Positions 49,029 through 58,676 of a stretch of 64,000 nucleotides of DNA are shown piece by piece; positions within the stretch are counted from its first letter, which is position 1, and each line of letters begins with the position of its first letter. The DNA is from an uncultured bacterium (lineage in GTDB: Bacteria > JAGRBM01 > JAHCIT01). The stretch spans positions 128,997 through 192,996 of the forward strand of contig CAZMGV010000006.1 of the NCBI GenBank assembly GCA_964565925.1, written 5' to 3'. The position numbers were made by a program, and so were the translations under genes. The notes beneath the pieces were generated by a model that did no database searches, was not told the DNA's origin, and saw only the letters and a program-made list of their open reading frames with translations.

Positions 49029-50447
49029 TTGACGTCCGGTGGACTCTGGAACCGGAACGCGGCGGATCGTGTGGCCCGTATCCTCGTCGTCGATGACGAT
49101 CCCAACTTCCTGAAACTCGTAACCGAGCATTTGCGCGCCGACGGCCACGAAACCGTCACGGCCTCGAACGGTATCGAAGGTCTTTCGCGCTACACACCGG
49201 AAATCGACTGCGTCGTTTCCGACGTCCAGATGCCCGAGATGGACGGCCTCGAACTGCTCCAGTCGCTGCGCGAGCGAAACCCCGCGCTGCCGGTCATCAT
49301 GCTCACCGCGCAGACAACCGCCGACGCCGCCGTTCAGGCGCTCCGTCACGGCGCACGCGATTACATATTCAAGACAGACCTGCAGCGGCTCCCCACGACC
49401 GTTAAAAACGCAGTCTCGCACCGGCGGCTCGAAAACCGCGTGGACCAGCTCGAATCGGCGGCACGGGAAAAATTTTCGCTGCGGAACATCGTCGGCCGTT
49501 CGTCCCAGATGAACGCCGTCTTCGAGGCGCTCGAGCGCGTCGTGTCGTCGAACGTGACCGTGCTCGTGCAGGGGGAAAGCGGCACCGGCAAGGAACTGCT
49601 CGCCAAGGCCATTCACTTCAATTCGGCGCGGTCAAAAGGACCGTTCATCGCTATTAACTGCGCGGCGATTCCGGAAAACCTGATCGAGAGCGAGCTGTTC
49701 GGCCACGAGAAAGGCGCCTTCACCGGCGCCGTCAACCGCCGTATCGGCCGCATAGAGCAGGCCAACGGAGGCACGCTGTTCCTGGACGAGATCGGCGAAA
49801 TGAACCTGAACCTTCAGGCCAAGTTGCTGCGCGTGCTCCAGGAGCGAACGCTGGAGCGCGTGGGCGGTTCCGATACCGTGAAGGTGGATGTGCGCGTGGT
49901 GGCGGCGACCCACCGGCGGCTGGACGAAATGGTCCGTGCCGGACAGTTCCGCGAGGATCTCTTTTACCGGCTCAACGTTTTTCCGATCCGGATCCCGCCG
50001 CTCCGGGAACGGCGTGACGACGTCGTGCCGCTGGCGGAGCATTTTCTCGCCAAGTTCAACCGCGAGGAGGGCCGGACGCTGAAAGGTTTCTCGCCCGATG
50101 CGACCGAGATCCTTCTCAGCCACAACTATCCGGGCAACGTCCGCGAACTGGAAAATCTCGTCTACCGGACGGCACTGCTCTCCAGAAGCGAATGGATCGG
50201 CGCCCAGGATGTACCGCCGTTCGGTTCGGCGGGAGCGGAAACCCCGGTTCAACCCGCCGTCCACGCGGCCGGTACCGGCGCCCAGTGGAGCCGCGAGCAG
50301 TTTCCCAAACTGGTGGATCTGGAAAAAACTGCCTGTCAGAAAGCGCTCGATCTGGCGGAAGGGAACGTTACCGAAGCGGCCGATCTGCTCGGTATTGGCA
50401 AGGCGACGCTCTACCGCAAGATCAAGGAATATGAACTGAAAGCCTGA
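49029..50447 (+). CDS. Sigma-54-dependent response regulator (PilR-like)
   Basis: REC ([10 protein letters not shown]...), [21 protein letters not shown], and a C-terminal HTH. The start is either TTG 49029 or GTG 49071. Confidence 0.85.
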   Translation: MTSGGLWNRNAADRVARILVVDDDPNFLKLVTEHLRADGHETVTASNGIEGLSRYTPEIDCVVSDVQMPEMDGLELLQSLRERNPALPVIMLTAQTTADAAVQALRHGARDYIFKTDLQRLPTTVKNAVSHRRLENRVDQLESAAREKFSLRNIVGRSSQMNAVFEALERVVSSNVTVLVQGESGTGKELLAKAIHFNSARSKGPFIAINCAAIPENLIESELFGHEKGAFTGAVNRRIGRIEQANGGTLFLDEIGEMNLNLQAKLLRVLQERTLERVGGSDTVKVDVRVVAATHRRLDEMVRAGQFREDLFYRLNVFPIRIPPLRERRDDVVPLAEHFLAKFNREEGRTLKGFSPDATEILLSHNYPGNVRELENLVYRTALLSRSEWIGAQDVPPFGSAGAETPVQPAVHAAGTGAQWSREQFPKLVDLEKTACQKALDLAEGNVTEAADLLGIGKATLYRKIKEYELKA

Positions 50448-50660
50448 GCTTTCGCCTTAACGCATCGCGTAATTTGCGATCTAATTTACATTGGGAGATT
50501 TTGTGTACGGGCCGTTTTTGGGCACCGAAAGTGACAAAAATTGTCAGTTTCGATGCCGTTTAATGGCGACGTTCAAAAATCAGTTTGAATGCGCCAGTAA
50601 AAAACCGTGTTAACTGGCTGTTATTACAATGATTATTTAGAAATCACATTACCTTATATT

Positions 50661-50676
50661 TGGTCCTGATTTTGCT
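50661..50676 (+). promoter_or_regulatory. Sigma-54 -24/-12 promoter upstream of pilin gene
   Basis: TGGTCC-TGATT-TTGCT follows the GG-N10-GC spacing, about 105 bp upstream of the pilin ATG in an AT-rich region. Confidence 0.45.
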
Positions 50677-50779
50677 CTAAGGACTCCCCAGTGGATGTTA
50701 ACCGATTGACCAGGTTTGCCTAATGGTGGGCGATCCGTCTCAAACGGAAGATCAAAAGAAAGTTCAAGGAAGGACTCAA

Positions 50780-51352
50780 ATGAAGAAGCAGAATAAAGGT
50801 TTTACGTTGATTGAGCTCATGGTCGTCGTTGCGATCATCGGCATTCTGGCCGCCGTGGCCGTCCCGCGTTTCCTCCGGTTTATGGCCCAGAGCCGCCGCA
50901 CGGAAACCAAGACGATCCTCTCGGCCGTTTATATCGCCGAAGCAGCGACGAACGAAGGTCTGAACTATCAGGCCTCTTCGGCGGCTTCGACGATCACCGG
51001 CTACACGACGCTTTCGGCTGCGGGTTTCACCCCGTCATCGCCGGTTAAGCTCTACACTGCCGCTACCGGTGGCAACGGTGGACTCACCGACGGACCGGGT
51101 GCTCCGGCTGGTGCCGGCGTGACCTACAACACGCACGTTGCTCTTACGTTTTCGACTGGCGGCACACCGACCCGTGGCACGTGGTTTACCGCTGCCATGT
51201 GTGGCGATCCGGACGTCAGCGGTACTGTGACGGACCAGTTTGCCATTGGCAGCGCGGGCGGCCGTGAACCGGCCCTTTGCAAGGACGATCTGAACGGCGG
51301 CGTTGCTCCGGCAACTCCTTCGGATTCCTGCACGGGCGCCCTTGGCTGCTGA
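50780..51352 (+). CDS. pilA: Type IV pilin (prepilin-type N-terminal cleavage/methylation domain)
   Basis: [29 protein letters not shown] is the class III signal with Gly-Phe cleavage site and Glu+5. C-terminal Cys pair. Confidence 0.85.
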   Translation: MKKQNKGFTLIELMVVVAIIGILAAVAVPRFLRFMAQSRRTETKTILSAVYIAEAATNEGLNYQASSAASTITGYTTLSAAGFTPSSPVKLYTAATGGNGGLTDGPGAPAGAGVTYNTHVALTFSTGGTPTRGTWFTAAMCGDPDVSGTVTDQFAIGSAGGREPALCKDDLNGGVAPATPSDSCTGALGC

Positions 51353-51409
51353 TTTGAGATACGGGTCGGCCTGACGGCTGGATCCGCTCAATTCGGATGA
51401 ACATCCAGA

Positions 51410-51445
51410 CCGCCTCCGGGAAACCGGGGGCGGTTTGCTTTTGGG
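51410..51445 (+). terminator. Rho-independent terminator after pilin gene
   Basis: CCGCCTCCGG-GAAA-CCGGGGGCGG stem followed by TTTGCTTTTGGG. Confidence 0.5.
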
Positions 51446-51501
51446 TGCGCGCCGTCAGGTATCCGGCTTTCAGCCGGTATTCAGTCAGTGTTCAGGCGGC
51501 T

Positions 51502-52983
51502 TCAAGCGGCCCGGCGGGCGATCGCCCCCAGTTTTTCCACCGCCCCTTCGGCGCCGTCGAACCAGGCGGCATAGTTGAGACGGATGAAGTTCCGGTATCG
51601 CTGCGTGGGTGAAAATATCGGACCGGGCGCGATCGAGATTCCCGACCGTACGGCTTCGCGGTACAGTTCGATACCGTCGATTTTTTCCGGCAGCTCCACC
51701 CAGATGAAATAGCCTCCCAGCGGACGGGTCGCCCGGGTGCCGGCCGGAAAATACCTGGCCACCGCTTCGCTCATTTCGCGGGCGAACTGGGCATAGTACC
51801 GGCGCATCTTTCGCAGATGATGATCGTATCCGCCGTGCGCCAGGAAATCCGCCACCGCCAGCTGGGGCAGGGTGGCGCTGGCGATATTGGTCGCCATCTT
51901 GAGCCGTTCGATCTCCTTGCAGTACCGGCCCGGCGCGATCCAGCCTACCCGGTATCCAGGCGCCAGCGTCTTCGAAAACGACGAGCAGAGCAGCACCAGC
52001 CCTTTGGAGTCGTAGGATTTGGCCGCCCGCGGGCGTTCCGTCCCGAAACTGAGATCCCCGTAAATATCGTCCTCGATGAGCGGGATCCCCCGCTCCGACA
52101 TCATCCGGACCAGCTCCCGCTTGTGCTCGTCGGGCATAAGGTGGCCGAGCGGATTCTGGAAGTTGGGCGAGACGAGTACCGCCTTCACCCGGTGCGTATC
52201 CAGCGCCCGCCGGAGGGCGTCCAGTTCCATGCCGGTCTCGGGGTGCGTGGGGATTTCAAGCGCCTTGAGTCCCAGCAGTTCGATCGCCTGCAGCACGCCG
52301 TAGAACATGGGCGACTCGATCGCGACGGTGTCGCCGGGCTGGCAGATCGCCCTTAAAGCAAGCGTGATCGCCTCCTGCGCGCCGCAGGTGGTGACAATGT
52401 CGTCGGGACTCAGCACGCACCCGGCCGACAGCGCCCGTCTGGACACTTCCGTGCGAAGCGCTTCGCACCCCGGCGGGATGTCGTAGGTGTTGGCGAGCCG
52501 CTTGTGACGCCGTCCCATGACGCCCAGCGTGCGGGTGAGTTTCTCTGTCGGAATATGGTCGGGGTTCGGCACGCCGGCGCCGAACTGCACGAGCCGGGGG
52601 TTGCGGGTGTCCTTGAGCACCTGCATGACCAGTTCGTCGATGGTCACCGCACAGGGGACGCCCGTCTGCTCGCGCAGCGGCGGCGGCGCGAGCCTCTCCA
52701 GCGTCCGCACGCGGACGTAGTATCCCGACTGCGGCCGGGCTTCGATCAGTCCGCGGTCTTCCAGGTTCCGGTAGGCCTGGGTGACGGTCGTGATGCTGAC
52801 GCGGAACTGCCGGCTGAGATGCCGGACCGACGGAATGCGGTCGCCGGGACGAAACGTCCGCTGCTCAATCAGCCCCGCGATTCGTCCGGCCACCTGTTCG
52901 TAGAGGTTCGGTTCTTCACGTCTGAGTTGCGCCAGTCCGTTCATACAGTCACCAGTGAGCCTGACCGCAGGGTCCCTTAACAA
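51502..52983 (-). CDS. MocR-family transcriptional regulator (GntR HTH + PLP aminotransferase-like domain)
   Basis: N-terminal wHTH (LPSVRHLSRQFRVSITTVTQAYRNLEDRGLI) and a C-terminal class I aminotransferase fold. Confidence 0.85.
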   Translation of the reverse strand: MLRDPAVRLTGDCMNGLAQLRREEPNLYEQVAGRIAGLIEQRTFRPGDRIPSVRHLSRQFRVSITTVTQAYRNLEDRGLIEARPQSGYYVRVRTLERLAPPPLREQTGVPCAVTIDELVMQVLKDTRNPRLVQFGAGVPNPDHIPTEKLTRTLGVMGRRHKRLANTYDIPPGCEALRTEVSRRALSAGCVLSPDDIVTTCGAQEAITLALRAICQPGDTVAIESPMFYGVLQAIELLGLKALEIPTHPETGMELDALRRALDTHRVKAVLVSPNFQNPLGHLMPDEHKRELVRMMSERGIPLIEDDIYGDLSFGTERPRAAKSYDSKGLVLLCSSFSKTLAPGYRVGWIAPGRYCKEIERLKMATNIASATLPQLAVADFLAHGGYDHHLRKMRRYYAQFAREMSEAVARYFPAGTRATRPLGGYFIWVELPEKIDGIELYREAVRSGISIAPGPIFSPTQRYRNFIRLNYAAWFDGAEGAVEKLGAIARRAA

Positions 52984-53137
52984 TATACAGTTTTATTGCA
53001 CAAATAGCAGTACAGATAACTATCTAATTTTACTGGAATATTATGCAAATATTCGCTACTGGTCATTATATTCAAAATCTGTACTGCTTTCCAATTCTGC
53101 CGGGTGTCTCTGCCGCAAGCGGCTCGAAGTTGTCACG

Positions 53138-53395
53138 ATGGTGGCGGAGGAAAGCGGCTCATCCATGAACGGCATTCTGACCAGCCATCGCCAGATCGGT
53201 CACCGGCACAGTTTTCACGTCGACTCGGGACGCGAGCCGGTGCAGGTGCGTTGCGTCTCCGGCGCCGTCTGGGTGACGATGGAAGGCATCCACGATGATT
53301 TCGTGATGGGTGCCGGCGACGCCGTCGATTTCTGTCCGCCCGGGCGGATCGTCGTCTACGCTCTGGCCGATTCAGAGGTGAAAGTGTGTCAGTGA
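53138..53395 (+). CDS. Small hypothetical protein divergent from MocR
   Basis: 85-aa ORF overlapping the ilvE start by 10 nt. Confidence 0.35.
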   Translation: MVAEESGSSMNGILTSHRQIGHRHSFHVDSGREPVQVRCVSGAVWVTMEGIHDDFVMGAGDAVDFCPPGRIVVYALADSEVKVCQ

Positions 53396-54447
53396 TCGCG
53401 GTGAGCCGTACCAGAAGTCCCAAACCCGTACCGCCGGTTTCGGAACTGGGCTGGGGCCGTCATTTCACGGACCACATGTTCACGGCCGTCTGGAACGAAT
53501 CCCTCGGCTGGCATGATGCGCGGATCGTCCCCTACGGCCCGGTCGCACTCTATCCGGCCGCCGCCGTACTGCACTACTCCCAGTCGGTCTTCGACGGTCT
53601 CAAGGCGTTCCGCACGCGGGACGGCGTGAAGCTGTTCCGTCTGCGCGATCACGTCGCCCGGCTGGGTGAAAGCGCGAAGCGGCTCTGCATACCGCCGGTG
53701 GATACCGGTCTGGCGGCCCAGGGAATCCGTGAACTGGTCCGCACCGACCAGCAGTGGGTTCCGGCCGGCACAGGCAACGCGCTGTACTTAAGACCGACGA
53801 TCATCGCGACGGAACCGTTTCTCGGAGTGCGCCCGGCCCTGACCTACCTGTTTTTCGTGATCGCATCCCCCGTGGGCGCGTACTACGGGAGCGGCCTCAA
53901 GGCGGTGAAAATCTGGATCGAGAGCGGCTTTGTGCGCGCCTCCGAAGGCGGCCTGGGCGGGGTCAAAGCGGGCGCGAACTACGCCGCCAGTCTGCTCGCC
54001 GCCGAAGAGGCGAAACAGAAGGGTTTCGATCAGGTGCTCTGGCTGGACGGCCGTGAACGGAATTACCTTGAAGAAGTGGGCACCATGAACCTGTTCCTCG
54101 ACTTCGGAGACGAGGTGGTGACACCCCCGCTCAAGGGAACGATCCTGGGCGGGGTCACCCGCGATTCCGTGCTCACACTGCTCCGCCGTCAGGGCGTGAA
54201 AGCCGTCGAGCGGCCGGTCTCCGTGGACGAACTGCTGGACGCGCACCGGTCCGGGCGTCTCAAAGAAGTCTGGGGCAGCGGCACCGGAGCGAGCATCTCG
54301 CCGGTCGGCGAACTGGCCTGGAAGGGCGAGCGGCTCCGGATCGGCGACGGTGCGCCGGGGCAGCGTGCGCTCGGCCTGTACCGTGAACTCAACGCCATCC
54401 AGTACGGCGAGACGCAGGACACCGAAGGCTGGCTGACGGAACTGTAG
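53386..54447 (+). CDS. ilvE: Branched-chain amino acid aminotransferase
   Basis: 353 aa with PLP fold type IV similarity (…GLKAFRTRDG…EVWGSGTGASISPV…). Confidence 0.9.
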   Translation: MSVIAVSRTRSPKPVPPVSELGWGRHFTDHMFTAVWNESLGWHDARIVPYGPVALYPAAAVLHYSQSVFDGLKAFRTRDGVKLFRLRDHVARLGESAKRLCIPPVDTGLAAQGIRELVRTDQQWVPAGTGNALYLRPTIIATEPFLGVRPALTYLFFVIASPVGAYYGSGLKAVKIWIESGFVRASEGGLGGVKAGANYAASLLAAEEAKQKGFDQVLWLDGRERNYLEEVGTMNLFLDFGDEVVTPPLKGTILGGVTRDSVLTLLRRQGVKAVERPVSVDELLDAHRSGRLKEVWGSGTGASISPVGELAWKGERLRIGDGAPGQRALGLYRELNAIQYGETQDTEGWLTEL

Positions 54448-54462
54448 AATTCAGAAAGGGCG

Positions 54463-55005
54463 ATGTCCGTGAACCTGATCGATCATTACCGCGAGATGGC
54501 CTGGTACAACCGGGAGATGAACCGCAGGATTTACCGGATCTGTTCCGAACTGTCCGACGAAGAGCGCAAGCGCGACCTCAAGGCGTTCTTCGGCAGCATT
54601 CACGGAACGCTCAATCACCTGTTGCTCACCGACCGGGCGTGGCTCGGGCGGTTCAGCGGTGATCCGGAGAAGTTCCGGTCCCGCGACACCTCGGGAAAAC
54701 CGATCGACTACCGGTCGCTCGCCCATGTGCTCTACCCCGACTGGAAGGACCTGGTCCGCGAACGCGAGAACACCGACGGGGATATAATCGCCCATGTGGC
54801 CGCGCTGACCCCGGACACGATCGCCGTGCCGCTTAGCTACAAGACCAGCTCCGGCGAGCCCTGCTCGCACCCCGTCTGGTGGGCGCTCTCGCACATGTTC
54901 AATCACGAGACCCATCACCGGGGGCAGGTGACCACGCTGATGAAACAGCTCGGGAAAGACCCCGGCGTGACGGACCTGGTCGCGCTGCTCAGAACCCGTA
55001 AATAA
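54463..55005 (+). CDS. DinB-family (DinB_2/YfiT-like) damage-inducible protein
   Basis: Four-helix-bundle His triad pattern (HGTLNHLLLTD...H...HETHHRGQ). Confidence 0.75.
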   Translation: MSVNLIDHYREMAWYNREMNRRIYRICSELSDEERKRDLKAFFGSIHGTLNHLLLTDRAWLGRFSGDPEKFRSRDTSGKPIDYRSLAHVLYPDWKDLVRERENTDGDIIAHVAALTPDTIAVPLSYKTSSGEPCSHPVWWALSHMFNHETHHRGQVTTLMKQLGKDPGVTDLVALLRTRK

Positions 55006-55011
55006 ACGTCG

Positions 55012-55998
55012 TTAAGGCTGGGTTTTCTTCGCCCGGTTTTTCGGGTTGTTGGGATCGTCGTCCCGCCATTCGGGCATGGGGGGCGGCTCCTTCGGCCGCT
55101 GGCCGGGAGGCAGGTATTTCTTGGCGGGCTGCTGCGGAGCTGCCGCGGGAGCCGGTGCCGGTGTAGCGGCGGGCGCCGCTGCAGGAGGCGGCGCTGCAAC
55201 AGGCGCCGGAGCCGGGGGTTGAACCGGAGCGGGCGCTGACGGTTTGACGATCTCGGGCACCGCCGGTGTCGCGATCTTGCCGCTCTGAAGCAGCTGGCCC
55301 TGCTGGATGATCGCGGCGATCTCGTCCGCCGACACACCCATCTCCTTGAGAGCGTCTTCCGCCGCCCGGCGCCAGCGCTTCACGTCCCGTTGCGGGGGCT
55401 TGAGCAGCAGGTACTGGTTGTACGCACCGATCGCTTCCGGATAGTGGTGAACCGTCTGTTCGGCACGGCCCAGATTGAACCAGGCATCCGCGTAGGAGCG
55501 GTCCAGCTCGACCGCCTTCTTGTACTGGACGATCGCCTCGTCCACCCGCACCTGCTCGTGCAGCACGGAACCGATGTTGTAGTAAATGGCCGGAATGGCC
55601 GGATCGAGTGCCAGCGCCTTCTGGTACTCCACCATCGCCTCGTCGAGATAGCCGCCGTCGTCCAGCGCCGTTCCGAGCATGTTGTGGAAGCTGGCGTTAC
55701 CCGGCTGCATCTCGATCGCCTTGCGGAAATGGAAGACGGCGGAGGTGAACTGGCGGTCTTCCTGGAGCGCGCGCCCGAGCTCGACGCGGGCTTCGGCGTT
55801 CTGCGGCTCCTTCATGACGAGCTTCTGGCGGATGTTGATGACCTCTTCGCGTTCGCGAGGGGTCATTTCACCCAGCGGACCCGATGGCGCGCAGGCGGCC
55901 TGAAACAGACAGAGGATAAAGGCGGTCTTGCGGACTGATTTCAAAAAATAGGGTTGCACAGCGTTGGTGAGTGTAAACGACGGTTCGAAAAATATCAC
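55012..55998 (-). CDS. TPR-repeat protein with Pro/Ala-rich C-terminal tail
   Basis: TPR units (…ALQEDRQFTSAVFHFRKAIEMQPGNASFHNMLG…) and a PAPAPVQPPAPAPVAAPPPAAAP low-complexity tail. Confidence 0.7.
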   Translation of the reverse strand: MIFFEPSFTLTNAVQPYFLKSVRKTAFILCLFQAACAPSGPLGEMTPREREEVINIRQKLVMKEPQNAEARVELGRALQEDRQFTSAVFHFRKAIEMQPGNASFHNMLGTALDDGGYLDEAMVEYQKALALDPAIPAIYYNIGSVLHEQVRVDEAIVQYKKAVELDRSYADAWFNLGRAEQTVHHYPEAIGAYNQYLLLKPPQRDVKRWRRAAEDALKEMGVSADEIAAIIQQGQLLQSGKIATPAVPEIVKPSAPAPVQPPAPAPVAAPPPAAAPAATPAPAPAAAPQQPAKKYLPPGQRPKEPPPMPEWRDDDPNNPKNRAKKTQP

Positions 55999-57155
55999 CG
56001 GGCCTTATGGAAGAACAGGCCGGGAGAGTGGCCGCAAGCCCGGCCCGCCAGCCACCTGACCGACGGAACGTGAGCCTCCGCTGCCGCCAGCAGCCGCTCG
56101 TCCCAGCGGCCGTCCCTGCGCCAGTGGGCCATAAGAACCGACTCTTCTTTTCGTACCGTTTCGGGACGCGGAGCACCCGGACGCAGCAGTTCGAACTCGA
56201 GCCACGCGCCGGGGCGGCGGTCCAGTACCTGGCCTATTCTGGCTTTCAGGCCGTTATAGGCGTCGTCGGAAAAGTAGCCGGTGGTGATGGAGTTCCAGAA
56301 CAGGACCGGTCGCTCCTTGCGGGCCCAGAACTCCACGTCGAATCCGTCCGGAAGGTCCATCTTCATGAATTCGATCTTCGGCGCTCCCGGTCGCGTGGCG
56401 GCGTTGAGCACTTGGTCGAGCATCTCGAGCCTTCCTTTCTGGTCCGGCCACACCAGCGCCCGGAGCCACAATCGGTTCTCGTCATCGTGCGGATCCAGCG
56501 GATTCCGGTCCACGCCGATCCGCCGGCCTATATGGCGCGGTCCCGGAAAGGGCGCCTCGCCTTCGGTCACGCCGGTCGAGAAGGCTCCCGTATCCGGGCC
56601 GCCGAAACAGCAGGGGGCGGCACCGGGATAGTTCACGATCCAGCCCAGCTGGTCGGCCACAAGTGACAGTCCTGCGCTGGAGCCCAGCTCCACCAGGTCG
56701 TAATCCGTCAGGCCCAGCCATACGCTGCCGAGCAGCCAGCAGACGGAGCGGCGGATCTCGTTGGTCTGGATCAGGCCGCTACGGAGCGTTCCCATGATTC
56801 GCGGGTTCGGATTTCTGAGCACCTGTTCCACGGCGTTCAGGAAACCGGCCTTCTCACCGTCGGTCAGTTCCGCTCCTTCGCGGCGGCTGTAATAAGGTCC
56901 GAGAGCGGCAGTGTCCGGATCGTTTCTGAGGACCGACGCATGCAGCGAAGCCGCGATCACGAGCGGCGGTTCGAACCACGCGCCGAACTCCCGGTCCTTC
57001 CACCGCTCGTTCAGAAGATCCCGGAACCAGCCGTGGGAACTGCTCTCCCACCAGTCGCCGAAGGCGAGAAACAGCGTTTCATAGAGCGGCGACCGTCCCT
57101 TGCAGAACCTGGACTGCTTGCGGCTGTTGGCGGCGAATTCGGAAGGAACGGGCAT
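55995..57155 (-). CDS. Conserved hypothetical protein
   Basis: 386-aa ORF. No motif confidently recognised. Confidence 0.45.
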   Translation of the reverse strand: MPVPSEFAANSRKQSRFCKGRSPLYETLFLAFGDWWESSSHGWFRDLLNERWKDREFGAWFEPPLVIAASLHASVLRNDPDTAALGPYYSRREGAELTDGEKAGFLNAVEQVLRNPNPRIMGTLRSGLIQTNEIRRSVCWLLGSVWLGLTDYDLVELGSSAGLSLVADQLGWIVNYPGAAPCCFGGPDTGAFSTGVTEGEAPFPGPRHIGRRIGVDRNPLDPHDDENRLWLRALVWPDQKGRLEMLDQVLNAATRPGAPKIEFMKMDLPDGFDVEFWARKERPVLFWNSITTGYFSDDAYNGLKARIGQVLDRRPGAWLEFELLRPGAPRPETVRKEESVLMAHWRRDGRWDERLLAAAEAHVPSVRWLAGRACGHSPGLFFHKAR

Positions 57156-57157
57156 CG

Positions 57158-57505
57158 TTATTTCGCCAGCTCGGCGCCCAGCTGTTTCGCCATCGATTCC
57201 ATTTTCACGGCCAGCTTCGCGTCGAAGTCGGAGATGGCTTTCACATCATGCGTAATAAGGTCGACCGTCACGAACGCCCACACGTTGAACCACTCGGGGT
57301 GGTGGTCCATCGCCTGTGCCTCGATCGCCATCGCCGCCATGAAACCGATGGCGGACGGGAAATCCCTGAACTTCCATTTCACGTGGAGCTTGCCGTTCAG
57401 GACGGACCAGCCCGGAAGTTTCTTGAGCAGTTCGGCGATTTCGGCGTCGGAGAGTTTCGTGTAGCGCATGAATGATCCATGTCCGGGCTCCCGGCCGGGA
57501 GTCAA
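57158..57505 (-). CDS. phhB: Pterin-4a-carbinolamine dehydratase
   Basis: LPGWSVLNGKLHVKWKFRDFPSAIGFMAAMAIEAQAMDHHPEWFNVWAFV is the PCD/DCoH signature. The likely start is the Met at 57469. Confidence 0.85.
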   Translation of the reverse strand: MTPGREPGHGSFMRYTKLSDAEIAELLKKLPGWSVLNGKLHVKWKFRDFPSAIGFMAAMAIEAQAMDHHPEWFNVWAFVTVDLITHDVKAISDFDAKLAVKMESMAKQLGAELAK

Positions 57506-57674
57506 AGCAGCGGCTCCGGTTGCCGCGAACTCCGGTTCGCGGTGACACAGTTGTTACGCACCGATGCTCATTTTCCTGAAATAAAAACGTCGATTTTTTA
57601 CCGGCGATAGGTAATGTTACCGCCCGTGGTGAGGCGGCCTCAGTTCTTGACGCCGCCGGGAGGTCCTCTCTGAC

Positions 57675-58676
57675 GTGAAACCCTCTCCCCAGGAAATGAA
57701 GCTGCTCTACGAGAAGATGCTGCTGTGCCGGCGCTTCGAGGAAAAGGCCGGTGTCGCCTACGGCATGGGCAAGATCGGCGGTTTCTGCCATCTCTACATC
57801 GGGCAGGAGGCGGTCGCCGCAGGCGCGCTCTGCATGCTCCGCAAGACCGACTACGCGATCGCCGCGTACCGCGAGCATGCGCACGCTATTCTGAAAGGGA
57901 TCGACCCGAAATTCGTCATGGCCGAGCTTTACGGCAAGTCGACCGGCACCTCCCGCGGCAAGGGCGGCTCCATGCACATCTTCGACATGGATTGCCGGTT
58001 CCTGGGCGGACACGGCATCGTGGGCGGGCAGATTCCGCTCGCCGCCGGCGCGGGATTCTCGATCAAGCACCGCAAATCCGACGACGTCGTCGTCTGTTTC
58101 TTCGGCGAAGGCGCCATCAACCAGGGCGTCTTCCATGAGACGATGAACCTGGCGGCGCTGTGGCACCTGCCGGTGATCTTCATCTGCGAGAACAACCGCT
58201 ACGGCATGGGCACGGCGCTCGAACGCGCGTCGTCCATCTACGACCTGTCCAAGAAGGCGCTCGCCTACGAGATGGAGCGCGGCGTGATCGACGGCATGGA
58301 TGTCGTCGACTGCTTCGAGAAGGTGTCGCAGGCGGTGGACTACGCCAGACACACCAAGAAGCCGACGCTGCTGGAGGCCCGTACCTACCGGTTCCGCGGC
58401 CACTCCATGTCGGACCCGGCCACCTACCGCACCAAGGACGAACTGAAAGAGATGAAGGAACGCGATCCGATTTCGCTCTGCAAGGAAGTGATCCTCGCCC
58501 AGAAGCTCGCCGATGCGGCCTGGTTCGACGAGATCGAACTGAAAGTGAAGGCGGAGATGGAAGAGGTGATGAAGTTCGCGGAAGAAAGCCCCGATCCTTC
58601 CCTCGAAGAGCTGCACGCCCATGTGATCGTCGAACCGCACGAGCAGTCGCAGCTCGGTAAGGGAGGTGCCAGCTGA
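57675..58676 (+). CDS. pdhA: Pyruvate dehydrogenase E1 component alpha subunit
   Basis: TPP-binding region (GGHGIVGGQIPLAAGAG) and GEGAINQG. Confidence 0.95.
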   Translation: MKPSPQEMKLLYEKMLLCRRFEEKAGVAYGMGKIGGFCHLYIGQEAVAAGALCMLRKTDYAIAAYREHAHAILKGIDPKFVMAELYGKSTGTSRGKGGSMHIFDMDCRFLGGHGIVGGQIPLAAGAGFSIKHRKSDDVVVCFFGEGAINQGVFHETMNLAALWHLPVIFICENNRYGMGTALERASSIYDLSKKALAYEMERGVIDGMDVVDCFEKVSQAVDYARHTKKPTLLEARTYRFRGHSMSDPATYRTKDELKEMKERDPISLCKEVILAQKLADAAWFDEIELKVKAEMEEVMKFAEESPDPSLEELHAHVIVEPHEQSQLGKGGAS

